A stretch of 64,000 nucleotides of DNA from Tubulanus polymorphus (taxonomy: Eukaryota; Animalia; Nemertea): NCBI RefSeq assembly GCF_964204645.1, contig NC_134030.1, positions 21,846,210 to 21,910,209 on the forward strand. Direction: 5' to 3'. A program made the translations under genes and the position numbers. Shown here one piece after another: positions 11,601 through 23,473 of this stretch; position 1 is the stretch's first letter; each line of letters starts with the position of its first letter. A model generated the notes under the pieces. The model did no database searches, was not told the origin of the DNA, and saw only the letters and a list, made by a program, of their open reading frames with translations.

Positions 11601-14553
11601 ACCACTAGGATGTGATCACTCCCTGATGACCACTAGGATGTGATCACTCCCTGATGACCACTAGGATGTGGTTTCTTGTTTTCCCCTCAGAATTATATCT
11701 TATCATTTCAGAGAAGTGGATAGCTGATGAAATGAAAGGTAAATTGACTGATAATAAATAAGTTTCATTCAGAGTTGAACAGTTTGTGAGGTTTTTCTAT
11801 TTTTCATTTTACCAATTTTTAATTACAGATTTCAAATTTCCACTACCTGATATTTTTGGTATGTAATATTGTTACCTCTCAGTGGCGGCTACGAACTGAA
11901 ATATTCAACTAATCGATCAATTGAGTAAAAATTATGTTGATTTTTTTAGAGCTCAATGACTATGCTAAACGGGCAGAGAAACAAGGTAAAATGAAGATGG
12001 AAATGTATGGATAAAATTCAGTCATCAATTTTGGTAATATTTTGTGAAGTTAATTAATTTATATTTCAGTCAGTAATTATTCCACATATTTGTTGAACAA
12101 GATACGTGCTATGAAAGATAAAGGTAATTAAAAGTGGCTTAAACATAAACATCTTACTGGCCATAATACTGACCAATACTAAAAAATATATTTGTCAATA
12201 CTAAATCATACTTACTTAATATTAACTAAATTTTGACTCAATACTAACTTAATACTAACAATACTGACTCAATAAGACTTACAACTGACTCAAAACTAAC
12301 TTAATACTGACTCAATACTGATTTGATACTGACTCAATGCTGATTCAATGTTAACCAATACCGACTCTATACCGACTCAATACCGACCACTCATTACCGA
12401 CTCAATACTGATTTAATACCGACTAAATACCGATTCTATATCAACCAATACCGACTCTATACCGACTCAATACCGACCACTCATTACCGACTCAATACTG
12501 ATTTAATACCGACTAAATACTGATTCTATATCAACCAATACCGACTCTATACCGACTCAATACCGACCACTCAATACCGACTCAATACTGATTCAATACT
12601 TAATGCTCAACTCTGATACAATACTTATAGGAACCATCTGTGATGTCTATTTGAGCTTCCTTTTAAAAATATGAAGTTGATTCAATATTATGAAAGAATA
12701 TTGTGGTTGTGAATTTTATTTTATTTTCAGGCGATTTGAAAAGGAAAGGTTTCCTGGTAAATGAAACGAGTAAGTAAATTATGAAGTCGTTATTAGATTT
12801 AGAGCAGGCTCGAGAGATGAAATAGTCTGAGATAGAATAAATCGACGAAATTGAGATGAAATTTAGTTTCGTTTTCGTTTATGAGAAATCTGAAGTATGA
12901 TTAAACCGGTTTAATCTGGATAACTGGCGGGACACCGGGATGAAATTCATGTAGTTTGAGTAGTTTATTCAACGTTTCGACTATATCCTAATAGTCATCT
13001 TCAGGAATACTGTATTCCTTAAGCTAGTGTAGTTTATTCAACGTTTCGACTATATCCTAATAGTCATCTTCAGGAATACTGTATTCATTGAGCTAGTGTA
13101 GTTTATTCAACGTTTCGACTATATCCTAATAGTCATCTTCAGGAATACTGTATTCCTTGAGCTAGTGTAGTTTATTCAACGTTTCGACTATATCCTAATA
13201 GTCATCTTCAGGAATACTGTATACCTTGAGCTAGTGTAGTTTATTCAACGTTTCGACTATATCCTAATAGTCATCTTCAGGAATACTGTATACCTTGAGC
13301 TAGTGTAGTTTATTCAACGTTTCGACTATATCCTAATAGTCATCTTCAGGAATACTGTATTCATTGAGCTAGTGCAGTTTATTCAACGTTTCGACTATAT
13401 CCTAATAGTCATCTTCAGGAATACTGTATTCATTGAGCTAGTGTAGTTTATTCAACGTTTCGACTATATTCTAATAGTCATCTTCAGGAATACTGTATTC
13501 CTTGAGCTAGTGTAGTTTATTCAACGTTTCGACTATATCCTAATAGTCATCTTCAGGAATACTGTATTCATTGAGCTAGTGCAGTTTATTCAACGTTTCG
13601 ACTATATCCTAATAGTCATCTTCAGGAATACTGTATTCCTTGAGCTAGTGTAGTTTATTCGACGTTTCGACTATATCCTAATAGTCATCTTCAGGAATAC
13701 TGTATTCCTTGAGCTAGTGTAGTTTATTCAACGTTTCGACTATATCCTAATAGTCATCTTCAGGAATACTGTATTCCTTGAGCTAGTGTAGTTTATTCAA
13801 CGTTTCGACTTTATTCTAATAGTCATCTTCAGGAATACTGTATTCCTTGAGCTAGTGTAGTTTATTCAACGTTTCGACTATATTCTAATAGTCATCTTCA
13901 GGAATACTGTATTCCTTGAGCTAGTGTAGTTTATTCAACGTTTCCACTATATCCTAATAGTAATCTTCAGGAATACTGTATTCCTTGAGCTAGCGTAGTT
14001 TATTCAACGTTTCGACTTTATCCTAATAGTCATCTTCAGGAATACTGTATTCCTGATCTCATAAATATGTATGTGGTGTAAGGAACACTTTGGACTTAAT
14101 AAAACACCCAGAAAAAGAAATCAAAGATAATTCTAACTGAATCAGGGGTGGAATTAGTTGAGGTATTATTAACGATTGTCACTGTTAACAGTAAAGCCGT
14201 AATTAGTTGAATTTTCAAGAGGTTGTTCATTTTATGAAACAGACTGTAGCGGGTTATATATAGTTGTATAAAAACAGTTACAAGCTAAACACATCTAAAA
14301 CAGAGTAAACTCTAGGGGCCACTGATAAAGTATTGTGAATATAAGTTAAAGTTGACGGGTATCTACATTTAGGGAGTGTGCAGTTGTATTCGGTGTTTGG
14401 TTTATATTGTACATATATCTATTTATAGAAGCTCCTAGTCAGAGTAAAGAAACTGCTGCTAGTGATGGTCAAAGTGCTGCTGATGATAGTCACACAAGTG
14501 ATACCGTACCGAGTGGTGATCGTGAGTGGGGTGATATCGGTACACAAGTCTAG
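56..14553 (+). CDS. 3' portion of micro-exon gene (copy 0; 5' end lies upstream of the window); 27 exons, probable cytoplasmic tail of an Ig receptor C paralog
   Basis: AG/GT-bounded phase-1 exons with open frames: 56-103, 396-449, 1098-1133, 1359-1376, 1696-1743, 1828-1956, 2122-2169, 2773-2856, 3010-3054, 3219-3269, 4725-4760, 7396-7413, 7770-7820, 7967-8056, 8648-8725, 8815-8862, 9052-9105, 11046-11081, 11169-11222, 11307-11348, 11451-11492, 11712-11738, 11829-11858, 11950-11985, 12070-12123, 12731-12769, terminal 14429-14553 (...DREWGDIGTQV*). Every internal exon is a multiple of 3 and each has a counterpart at 40193-52153. Confidence 0.85.
2576..2693. repeat. Compound microsatellite (AAT)n-(GATGAC)n; paralog at 42714-42821
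   Basis: Directly visible. Confidence 0.9.
3440..3750. mobile_element. Foldback/MITE-like element with degenerate inverted arms
   Basis: C/T-rich arm (ttccaatttggcctttttccc...tttcgcccct) mirrored by a G/A-rich arm (...gggaaggggcgaaattggaa); absent from paralogous introns. Confidence 0.55.
3830..4620. mobile_element. Non-autonomous DNA element with ~16-bp subterminal inverted repeat arrays
   Basis: (agaggtaaaaatgct/cc)n at 3832-3910 and its reverse complement (gcatttttacctct)n at 4490-4615 flank an AT-rich core; absent in paralogs. Confidence 0.7.
4810..6912. repeat. 14-bp minisatellite (actcctaacactag)n, ~150 copies, intronic
   Basis: Directly visible; only 2-3 degenerate units at the paralogous sites (~37850, ~43825). 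Confidence 0.97.
9880..10740 (-). mobile_element. Degenerate, internally deleted LINE (APE endonuclease + RT C-terminal remnants; CR1/L2-like group)
   Basis: Minus-strand translation gives RSGGTVIFVK...WVKL...IICGVYFSP and GGDF (APE), plus EIEIVDQFKDLGVIF...LFDALVKPILSYACEIWG (end of RT), with stops and frameshifts. Confidence 0.8.
11553..11670. repeat. 28-bp tandem repeat (gatgtgatcactccctgatgaccactag) x4
   Basis: Directly visible. Confidence 0.9.
12160..12600. repeat. Degenerate ~10-bp repeat (aatactgact) with a higher-order block repeated about 3 times
   Basis: Directly visible; absent at the paralogous intron 50650-51187. Confidence 0.8.
12960..14054 (-). ncRNA. Tandem array of 16 minimal type I hammerhead ribozyme motifs (69-bp unit)
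   Basis: Minus-strand unit reads UAUUC-CUGAAGA-U-GACUAU[UAGGAU]AUAGUC-GAAA-CG-UU-GAAUA: intact core boxes, 6-bp stem II, stem I UAUUC/GAAUA, palindromic ACGU replacing stem III. 15 full units plus one 60-nt partial. Confidence 0.82.
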
Positions 14554-15694
14554 TTCCAACCCGTCGTTCCCCATAAGGGTTGATTTGACACTAAAATCAG
14601 TTGTTGCATTGCAAGACATTGCATGGACAGTTTCTCACCAAACGTTGTAGGGAACCCGAAACAACGACTGGTATTCAGACTACTACACATGATTATAACC
14701 GCCAGTCTCTAGTGGTGGAACTGGGTCTGGGTGGAACTGGGTGTAACTCACAACTGTGGAACTGTGTTTTGTATCACGCTATGATTAAGGATGTTTGTTA
14801 ATCTCTTTTTGATTGGTTTGAATCATTGAGATTTTATACGAAAAGAAAAAGAAAAAGATATGAATACAGTTTCTAATAAAATCTTTATCTTTGTTATTCG
14901 GTTGTATGTAATTTCTGCGCTATTTGATTACTGTAGATCATTGTATAATTATTGCTGAAACAACTAATTATAATAACATAAGTTAATCATAAAATATATT
15001 TTTTGCTTTCATAAACTCTCATAAAATACTGATTATATATTTCTCGTTTTTCGGCGTCGTATCTGTTTTTTTTTTCGCTAGCGAGAAAACTTCTCTTTGT
15101 TTTGCTGAAATCTGTGAAGGTTCACATTTGATTGTTTGACTTTTATCAGTCAAAATACTGAAATGTGCTAAAATATACAGTGTAACTGAAGTAGATGAAA
15201 TACAGTGTAACTGATCTAAAGTGTAGCTGAAATACAGTGTAACTGAATGATTGCAGTATTGTACCGTAGTTGTAACTATATCGAGCAGAAATAAATTGTA
15301 AACGAAATTGCTTTTTGCTAAATCATCAGCGGTTGTTCTTGGGGAATATTAGGCCTACATTGTAGTCCAACTTACGCTGTATAACTGTATTATGATACAA
15401 TGTAACTGGTTTACTGTTTTACTATATATAAAATATGTTTTAAGTTAAAAACTGTAAAAATGCATCACTGATTGACTGAAGTATTATCATTGAAAAATTG
15501 TGATAAGTTTTATTTCATTTGAAAAAGTTTTGTAAAAACGTGACATTTTATGAAACCATTGATGCGGTTTATAAGATCAGCTACTTGCGGACTCCTGGTA
15601 AAACTTTGTGCCGTGTTTTTTGCAAGAAATTTTATTCGCTTAAATAAAAGAATTTATCTTTAAAAATAAAGTCATTGTTTTCTTTTCTATCAAC

Positions 15695-15860
15695 TCAACT
15701 GCAGCCTGAGTAGAACCGGCCCCGGGTCGGATGAGGTTGACGCTTGGTCATGTCCAGTCTTACCAATAGCTTCCCGTTAACCCCAACTCTAGCCGAATAG
15801 GACTCGAACCTAAAATCTTCAGCGTGCCAGCCGAGCACACTAACCACTGGACCATACACC
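15695..15860 (-). mobile_element. tRNA-derived SINE (paralog 53226-53388)
   Basis: Minus strand has an A box TGGTCCAGTGG and B box GGTTCGAGTCC in tRNA spacing, followed by a non-tRNA body; no proper acceptor stem. Confidence 0.75.
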
Positions 15861-16606
15861 AGTAATTATTCGACGGGTTTGTAAGTTTGTCTGGTCAGGT
15901 GTGGTGAACATTTATCTGTGGTGACTATCAGTCGGGTGTGTGGTGACTGGTGACCATTCAGGTGCGGTGACTGTCGAGTCAGATGTGGAGACACTATTCA
16001 CTAACAGTGCCCGCTCTATCATTCTGTGTTACAGTTACAGCAGTTTCAATGCAATTGTCAGCAATTTCTAAGGAAGTCGTTTTGTCCTGCAGCTCCTAAA
16101 AGTTGCCTCTTTTTCCATAGATGAAGTAGTCAAAATTACACCTTGTATCCATCTCTGAGACTTCTGCCTTCCCGACATCGTGAATGTATTTTGCAATCTC
16201 TCGGAATTGATATCTTTTATTGTATTTCATTAAGATTTTCTAATTGATATCTAAAAGTTTGATAATTTTTGATTATTCAGTTTCTAAAAATGTATACCTT
16301 ATTTTGAGTGGAATGGATTGATTTTAGTAGAGACCCGCAGTTTATGGAGCGTAGATGGATTATAAAAGTAATAGTTCATTGACTCCATCCATCCAATAGG
16401 TGTAACATGCGATACATTGTTAAACCATTCTTGTCGTACGTGGCGTTGACCTCTTTTACCCGACTGGTATTTCTTCACACCTAAAGGTGCTCGCGCATGT
16501 CTCCCGTTATATCAAACGAGCACCTATACCTCTTGTGAAATAGTCATGAAATTCAACGAAAAGCTTAAGATGTAACTGATTAAAGGTGAGTTTGTTGAAG
16601 TATTTA

Positions 16607-16893
16607 ACTCCACTCCAGTCGGATCTGTTCAACTCGGAGATAACCGTTCAACTCAGAGATAACCGTTCAACTCGGAGATAACCGATCAACTCGGAGATAA
16701 CCGATCAACTCGGAGATAACCGTTCAACTCAGAGATAACCGTTCAACTCGGGGATAACCGTTCAACTCGGATGTTGAAATATGTTTTTGCGGCATTATTT
16801 AAGAAATACATATCATTCAACTCGGATATCCCTCATCAAGTCGGACCTTTTTTTTTGCGGTTCCAAAAGATCCGACTTGAGCGGAGTCTACTG
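16607..16893. mobile_element. MITE with internal 19-bp tandem repeats (gttcaactcggagataacc); paralog 54091-54393
   Basis: TIRs actccactccagtcggatct / agatccgacttgagcggagtctactg followed by TA; CAGTAGACTC-type end resembles Tc1/mariner-pogo MITEs. Confidence 0.7.
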
Positions 16894-17283
16894 TATTCAA
16901 GAATAAGAGTCAAACTCATACAGGCCTATATGCCACAATTTCATCTTTCAATTTTCTGACCAAAATTCTAAAATTCTAGTGAAACTTTTGACGATTTTAA
17001 AACATTTTCTGAAAGCGGTGAAAATTCTGCATTTTGTACAAAAAAATTTAGACAGCAGTCACTATTTAATGTGCCCCTTGACTTTGGACCCCGGGGCTGA
17101 TATTAAGGTCATACAATTATTGAAGGACGACCAGTGATTTAAACACCTTTCGCTTCCTGCTCAACGCTCGAATATATTGAATGTATCACCGGCGCTGATC
17201 ATCAAAATCTTATCTTTAACTTCCTCAATTATCAGACCAAGTGGAACTCGATTATTTTCCTTTATTCTGTACTCTGTATCACA

Positions 17284-20200
17284 ATGATGAACACACGTTC
17301 GTTCTTGATAATATACACGATTTTATTACAACTTGGAAACTTAAACAGCGCAGAAACATCTGGAAATAAGACGCATAATTCAAGTAAGTCACTCGAATCA
17401 ATGATAGCTTTTCTGTTGTGTCGATTTCATAGATTTCTGTCGATGATAATTCATGCACCTGAGGTATTACGCGCGTGACGTCACAGATAGTTTCACCGTC
17501 GGTGTTTGAGACTCCCGTACATAGGTCTAGCTATACTAACAAATAGGGGATTTATCAAGGGCCTGTCATGTAAATAAATTACCAAGAATCTAAGATGTTG
17601 CAGGCCCGTATGCTGCCTTTCTTTGTTGTGGGTAGTTCTCGAGTACTGTATAGGAGGGGAGTGTTTTGTGGGGATTCCCCAAGAAAACTTTGATCACTAA
17701 AGTCGTCAGTTTGAATTCATTACGTGGCTAATTTATGTATAACTTTAAACAAACGACTGTGGAGGACGATACGTGATGGGAAATGTAGTCTAAAAATTCG
17801 GAACTAGAGATTTTGCTGGGGGGAGGGGGTCACGTGGTGGAAAAAGGACCTAAATAGATTATTCGAAGTTTGTGCGTTTTACTGTTTCATAGACTATTCA
17901 TATTTATTCATTCGTTTTCAGTGATTTATCCAAAACCTGTTCCCGATGGAAAACCCGATATTAAAAGAGAAGGACAATCGATTGAATATATTTGTAAAAC
18001 ACGTGTTAAATATCCTACAGTTATATTCCAACAGAAGAGAAGAGATTCAGAACAATGGGAAACAATTCCAGACGAACTGCTTCGTATAACTAGAAATGTG
18101 AAATATATTACTTCTGCTTCACTAGAATTCAAAGCAGATTTCAAACTGCACAATGGAACAACATTTAGATGTCTCGTTCTTAAGGAAGGCCAAACAGATT
18201 TTGATTATCTTCAGTTTGATCTAATCGTAGTTCATCGAACTGGTAAGTAACAGTTTTAAAATGTGAACCTTCCCAGTCTGGAATCCTGCTACTAAATAAA
18301 CATCGAATCTATCAAAACGAATTAATATTGAAACACAGCGTCTCTGTTACTTTTAAATTACTTCGCAGTCGATTGCATGAATTTATAGTTTAGCAGCTAC
18401 GTATCAAAAGTGCGTTTATTGTAGCGTATGACATGTACATTTTAATGCATTCTAGAATTTATAGAAATAATTCTCAATAAGACGGCCATACGACTCAGCG
18501 TGAAATTCATATTTCTGTTTAACGGATATATAGCCGACAGTTTAATTTGTTGTAGCTTCCTCTTTCATATACCCGTCATTTGTTCATCCATCTCTAATCT
18601 CCATACAAACATATCTTCTTGTGTCAACTACTAATTTCAAGGTCGCTTGATGAGTTGTTGATTTTACATTATGTTTATTTGATATCTAAAAACCTGAATT
18701 TCTTCATTTAAAAAGTAAAAAATTGTCGCCCTCGTCACTTTTGGAATTGGGAATAAGGCTTTTTATTTATGTCTTTTTATTTCAAAAGGGATGTAAAAAT
18801 AATAAGTATCGGCCGTTCTTGTCACTTTCCCAAAAAGGGGTCGATGAGAAACAACCATATTTATTTGCGTGGCCTTAATGCACGCGTCAGTAAACTAACC
18901 AAACACAACCCAACCACAAACAGTCTAAGTTACTTTCTACAGGTAATTGTTTTTCTCATTTCAGATTTGAATCAAATCCCGGCGACGGAAATCAGTAAAT
19001 CAGGGTCAGTATCTATTTCACTTAGCGCACTACATAAATCATATTCTATATGTAAATCATTTCTTTGTTGTCGATGCTTTTTGTGAAATAATTATGAATT
19101 GATATCTCACTCGTCTCATTGGCTTCCGATTAACAGTTCACCTATCATTATTCATCTCAATTTTCACATTTTGCCACAAAAGGTAACAGTAAGGGCAATT
19201 GCAAAATATGTGACCTCGATATCGCTACCACGAGCCCTGCCTTTTCACATCTGGGCCCAGTTGCACAGTCTTGGCTCAAGTCCAAAAGTAGTCTTAAATC
19301 TTAAGACTAGTCTTAATTTCTTAGATTAGCTATAGAACTAAGTTGGTCTTAGACTGGTCTTAAGTCTAAGCCATGACTATGCAACCGGCCTCTGTTCTGC
19401 TGATTTATCTTAATTGTAAATTTCGTCCTTTTCATTCAGAGTTCGTCTGCTTACTGCTGAAAATGTGGCCTCGAAAAACAAGGTCATTATAAATTTAAGT
19501 AATAATCCAACAAACTTGTCAAATAAAGTTCCCCGGATCCCAGACACAGAGTCGAATTAAACCCACTGAACTGTGAACCTTGATTTAGGATATAAAAGCG
19601 AATTGAATTGTATAATATAAACTGAATGATTAATTGATTGATATTTGCAGCTTGTGTTGAGGTTTGATTCCATTCTGTTCGTTTCTAGTTTATACCCGCG
19701 AATTGTCATCCGGTATATTCTACATCCTTCGAGTTTTCCTTTTTTTCTTTCTCTGACCAAATCGGTATACAGACTGGACCGGACCACAAACCTGACTGGA
19801 CCATGATGATAATTTACATCGCTTGTGGAGCTATCGGTTTCCTCCTCGTCATCGTTATCATCGTTGTCATCGTCATTTGCAGGTTTGTACTCAATAATCT
19901 CGGGCAGATTTCATATCTAAGATAATCCCCCTATGACGTCATATTAAAACGTGAAATAATTTGATAAATCAGTGACGTTTTCCAAAAAGATGTCTTCATT
20001 CGTAAAATTTGTATCTACCTATGCGCCGATTACTGGCTGAGTCAATCCCAAATCAGCAGGAATAATTCAATATAATGACCGAAATATCCGAAATCTAAAA
20101 TCTCTTCAACGCTTAAATTACCCATTTTTCAGACGCAGGCGATTGCCAGGTGAAGGTCGTGTGGAGGTTGCGACACCGCAGGTACTCGACGTCTATGACG

Positions 20201-20643
20201 AGTTGTATGATGACATAGATTCTGTTACTGTGACTGACAAACTGCACACCAGCGATCAGAAAGTTACTACAGATCCGTACGCGAATATCGAGGCCGGGAA
20301 CGGCGAAGATACGGCTCGGTACATGGATATGGCAGCCGCGAAGGGTAAAGATACAACTTCATATATAGATATGGAAGCCGGGAAGGGCAAAGATACAACT
20401 CCTTATATGGATATGGGACCCGGGATAGAAGAGGATACGTACAGGAGTACTGAAACCGGGAAGGACAAACACACAACTCCTTACACGAATACCGGAGCCG
20501 AGAAGCGCAAAGATAGACATAGTTACGTGAATACCGAAGCCGGAAAGGCGCGCCATTTGAAGAAAGATACTGATGAACCCGTGAAAGATGATGTTGAACT
20601 TTATTCTTACGCTACTGTTCAATATACTCGCAATAGGCGTTAG
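17284..20643 (+). CDS. Receptor B1: single Ig-like domain type I membrane protein with tyrosine-motif repeat tail (~374 aa)
   Basis: Exons 17284-17383 (signal peptide MMNTRSFLIIYTILLQLGNLNSA), 17922-18242 (Ig-like: EYIC...QWE...TFRC), 18965-19004, 19440-19482, 19773-19882 (TM MMIIYIACGAIGFLLVIVIIVVIVIC), 20133-20643 (RRRR stop-transfer, Tyr repeats, stop). Phases join 1,1,2,0,2 into one ORF; same structure in B2. Confidence 0.9.
19253..19390. mobile_element. Short palindromic MITE (GGCCC-ended); paralog 56705-56841; relatives near 1161-1290, 10776-10883, 28003-28128
   Basis: ggcccagttgcacagtcttggct ... agccatgactatgcaaccggcc inverted ends. Confidence 0.65.
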
Positions 20644-21853
20644 AGGGCGCCATTGAGCAAACGACTACTGATTATACATATGCAAAACATAAGGCTAGAA
20701 ACAATTGATTATTTTTCATAATCTGCTGAGCTCAAAAGTTGAATCAGCTGCATGCATACATTATTCATTTCTAAAGAATAACGGACCCGACAGTTTTAGT
20801 AATGAACTGACTACATATCTTATTCTAGTTCACAAAAATGACCCGGTCGACTAGGAGAAACAATTAGATATGATTTATTAGCCTAAGTTTTAAGTTTTTG
20901 ATATACACGGCATTTGTAGATTAGACTAAGAAACATCAATCCACTTCAACAATCATTCAAATTCCACTTTTAGCAAAATCCACATGGAGAATGCTTCAGT
21001 TTACAGGGCAGTATATATTTTATGATATTCAGCTACCAATGGCCTATAGTTCGTAGACTCTTATGAGGAGTTTTAAGTGCCAAATTGACTTGTCAATCAT
21101 CTTCAGGGGCGGATCCAAGTAAGGCCGAAGCGGCCTCCTCCCCTTATCTATTTTGCCAAGAAAATATTTTCACAACATGGATTAGGAATGTAACAAATAT
21201 AGTAGAAAGTCTTCGTCATTCATTTTGTTATTGATTTACTCTAGATGCCCCCAGAAAATGATCCAATCCTGATTCCCTTAAAAATATATAAAATATGGTA
21301 TAAAATCCGTCAGTCTTATTCTTTTCTTGATGATTTCTTTTCTTTTTTCCTCTTTTACTTCTTCGGTCAAACAAGATACATTACACGATGGTAAAAGCTT
21401 TCCTAAAATAGATGTGTTTTAGGATTTCATTCAGAAGTATCGACAGGACGAGGATTCCGGAATACTGGACGGTAAAACATTCCATATTGCTGGGACAGTG
21501 AACTTCAAAACTCTATTGCCAAATGAACTTCTTGGAGACAGGTTTGACTAGATCTGTTTGTATCTTGAATGGAACAGAGAACCACGTGGAACATGTAAGA
21601 CCCTTCAAAGTCGATACCTTGTTTCTCATCAAATCGCGAAGCCGCCCACGTCACTCCCGAAAGCCAAAATAGAATGATAATAATAAAGTTCGAAACCCGC
21701 ATCAGATTGTTTACGGTCGTTTTTTTCTTTTTAGAATAAAAAACACGTGACGCGCGCGCATGATGACGCGTTGTACGGTCGTCTTTTTATATATGTCGCT
21801 TTTTATCGATAATCAGTATTGTGTATTAGTAAGATGATATTCCTCAATCTCAG

Positions 21854-22734
21854 ATTTCACCAAAACCTTCTTTACACTAGAATCGGGGGTCACTGTGGAA
21901 ACAACTATACTGCCAGGACTGGTGGGTGAACCACTACCAGGTCTAGATGAACCGCTGCTAGGACTGGGTGAACCACTGCCAGGACTGGATGAACCACTGC
22001 CAGGACTAGGTGAACCACTGCCAGGACTGGGTGAACCACTACCAGGACTGGATGAACCACTGCCAGGACTGGATGAACCACTGCCAGGACTAGGTGAACC
22101 ACTGCTAGGACTGGATGAACCGCTGCCAGGACTGGATGAACCACTGCCAGGACTGGGTGAACCACTACCAGGACTGGATGAACCACTACCAGGACTGGAT
22201 GAACCACTACCAGGACTGGGTGAACCACTACCAGGACTGGGTGAACCGCTGCCAGGACTGGGTGAACCGCTGCCAGGACTGGGTGAACCACTACCAGGAC
22301 TGGGTGAACCACTGCCAGGACTGGGTGAACCACTACCAGGACTGGGTGAACCGCTGCCAGGACTGGGTGAACCACTACCAGGACTAGGTGAACCACTGCC
22401 AGGACTGAGTGAACCACTACCAGGACTGGGTGAAGGTGTAGATGGGACAATGAGTCAGTCATTGACTACGCTTATCTCCTTTACCTATTTAGGTCTTTCA
22501 CAAGATTGCGTCAAGTTTTTTTTCAACGACGCGATTGAATTCGTAAACGACACTATCTAATTCGTTCGTATACTCCTAATGATAACCAGGGAAGTTCACT
22601 CCCGACTACCTGCGATATTAACCAATGCACGTAGCAAGTTGTAACGTATAAAATAGGCAGAAATCTACGTGTTTTTATAATGGCAATAATTGAAACGTAT
22701 TCTAGTGAGTAAGAGATTAAACTGGAGGGAAACG
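21854..22734 (+). pseudogene. Possible relic exons (21854-~21925 and 22493-22734) of a decayed gene
   Basis: Pyrimidine-tract AG acceptors and a G|GTAAG donor at 22734. The second block is 242 nt, with a likely frameshift in a T run and two stops in the donor frame. Confidence 0.35.
21910..22433. repeat. 21-bp minisatellite (ccaggactgggtgaaccactg)n, ~25 copies
   Basis: Directly visible; explains ORFs 21895-22560, 21905-22462 and 22115-22387. Confidence 0.95.
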
Positions 22735-23473
22735 GTAAGTAAAACATCTGCGAAAATACCTATATATTTACAATCTTAAGTAACATTTGAAAGTGAAAGT
22801 ACGATTTTACAAATGTGCATTCGTATATGTTGAACTATCTCCCACCGACAGGGATTGAAACTTGTGTCGAATCCCTGTCGAGGGGAGGAAGGTGACGGGA
22901 TAGGGGTGACTGCAGCCTACTACCGTGACTGCTTTACACAGCGCCAATCATATTCAATAAGGTGACTTGTGTTGTTTGGGTGATGATTAAGAAGGAAAAA
23001 GATAAGAATAGTAAAACTGGTACAATTTGCTGACCTTTAGATAGGAATGAATCAGTATATTGATAAACTTATGTCATATCAAACCTGGGTCTTTCATTAA
23101 ACTATTAGAGGATGGAGCTAGAAATATCTGATTTGAAAAAAAACGAGGGATCTGACAAGATATAGAGTTTAGTAGCAGACTAAAGTAAGCGTAGGATTTT
23201 AAAGTGGAAAGAGAATACACTGTTAGATAAAATAACAACTTTTGTGAAAAAGTGAAATCGAAAGTACTTATTTTTGTCTTGTTATTTCGGTTATTATCAT
23301 ATTATACATAGTTTTTTATCGGTCGCAAATTCAAAGTCGATGATAGCGTTTCTATATAAACACATACATGAGACGTGTGAGAAGAACGCGGAGTTTTCTC
23401 TACATAACAGTCGATTCCAATGATACCAAGTATCCAAACATATATTTCAAGGTGACACGTTAACGCCTTGAAG

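Noticed and set aside
11553-11670. Second hammerhead array (contains CTGATGA and a small hairpin)
   Set aside because: No GAAA box after the hairpin and no stem I.
12960-14054. CRISPR array
   Set aside because: Units are contiguous near-identical repeats with no unique spacers, there are no cas genes, and the context is a eukaryotic intron.
15790-15860. Functional tRNA genes (also 53318-53388 and 37319-37390)
   Set aside because: A/B boxes are present but acceptor and anticodon stems do not close properly, and they run into SINE or MITE bodies.
21895-22560. LPGLGEP-repeat protein (collagen-like look)
   Set aside because: A 21-bp minisatellite open in several frames, non-ATG start, no Gly-X-Y periodicity, absent from the paralogous region.
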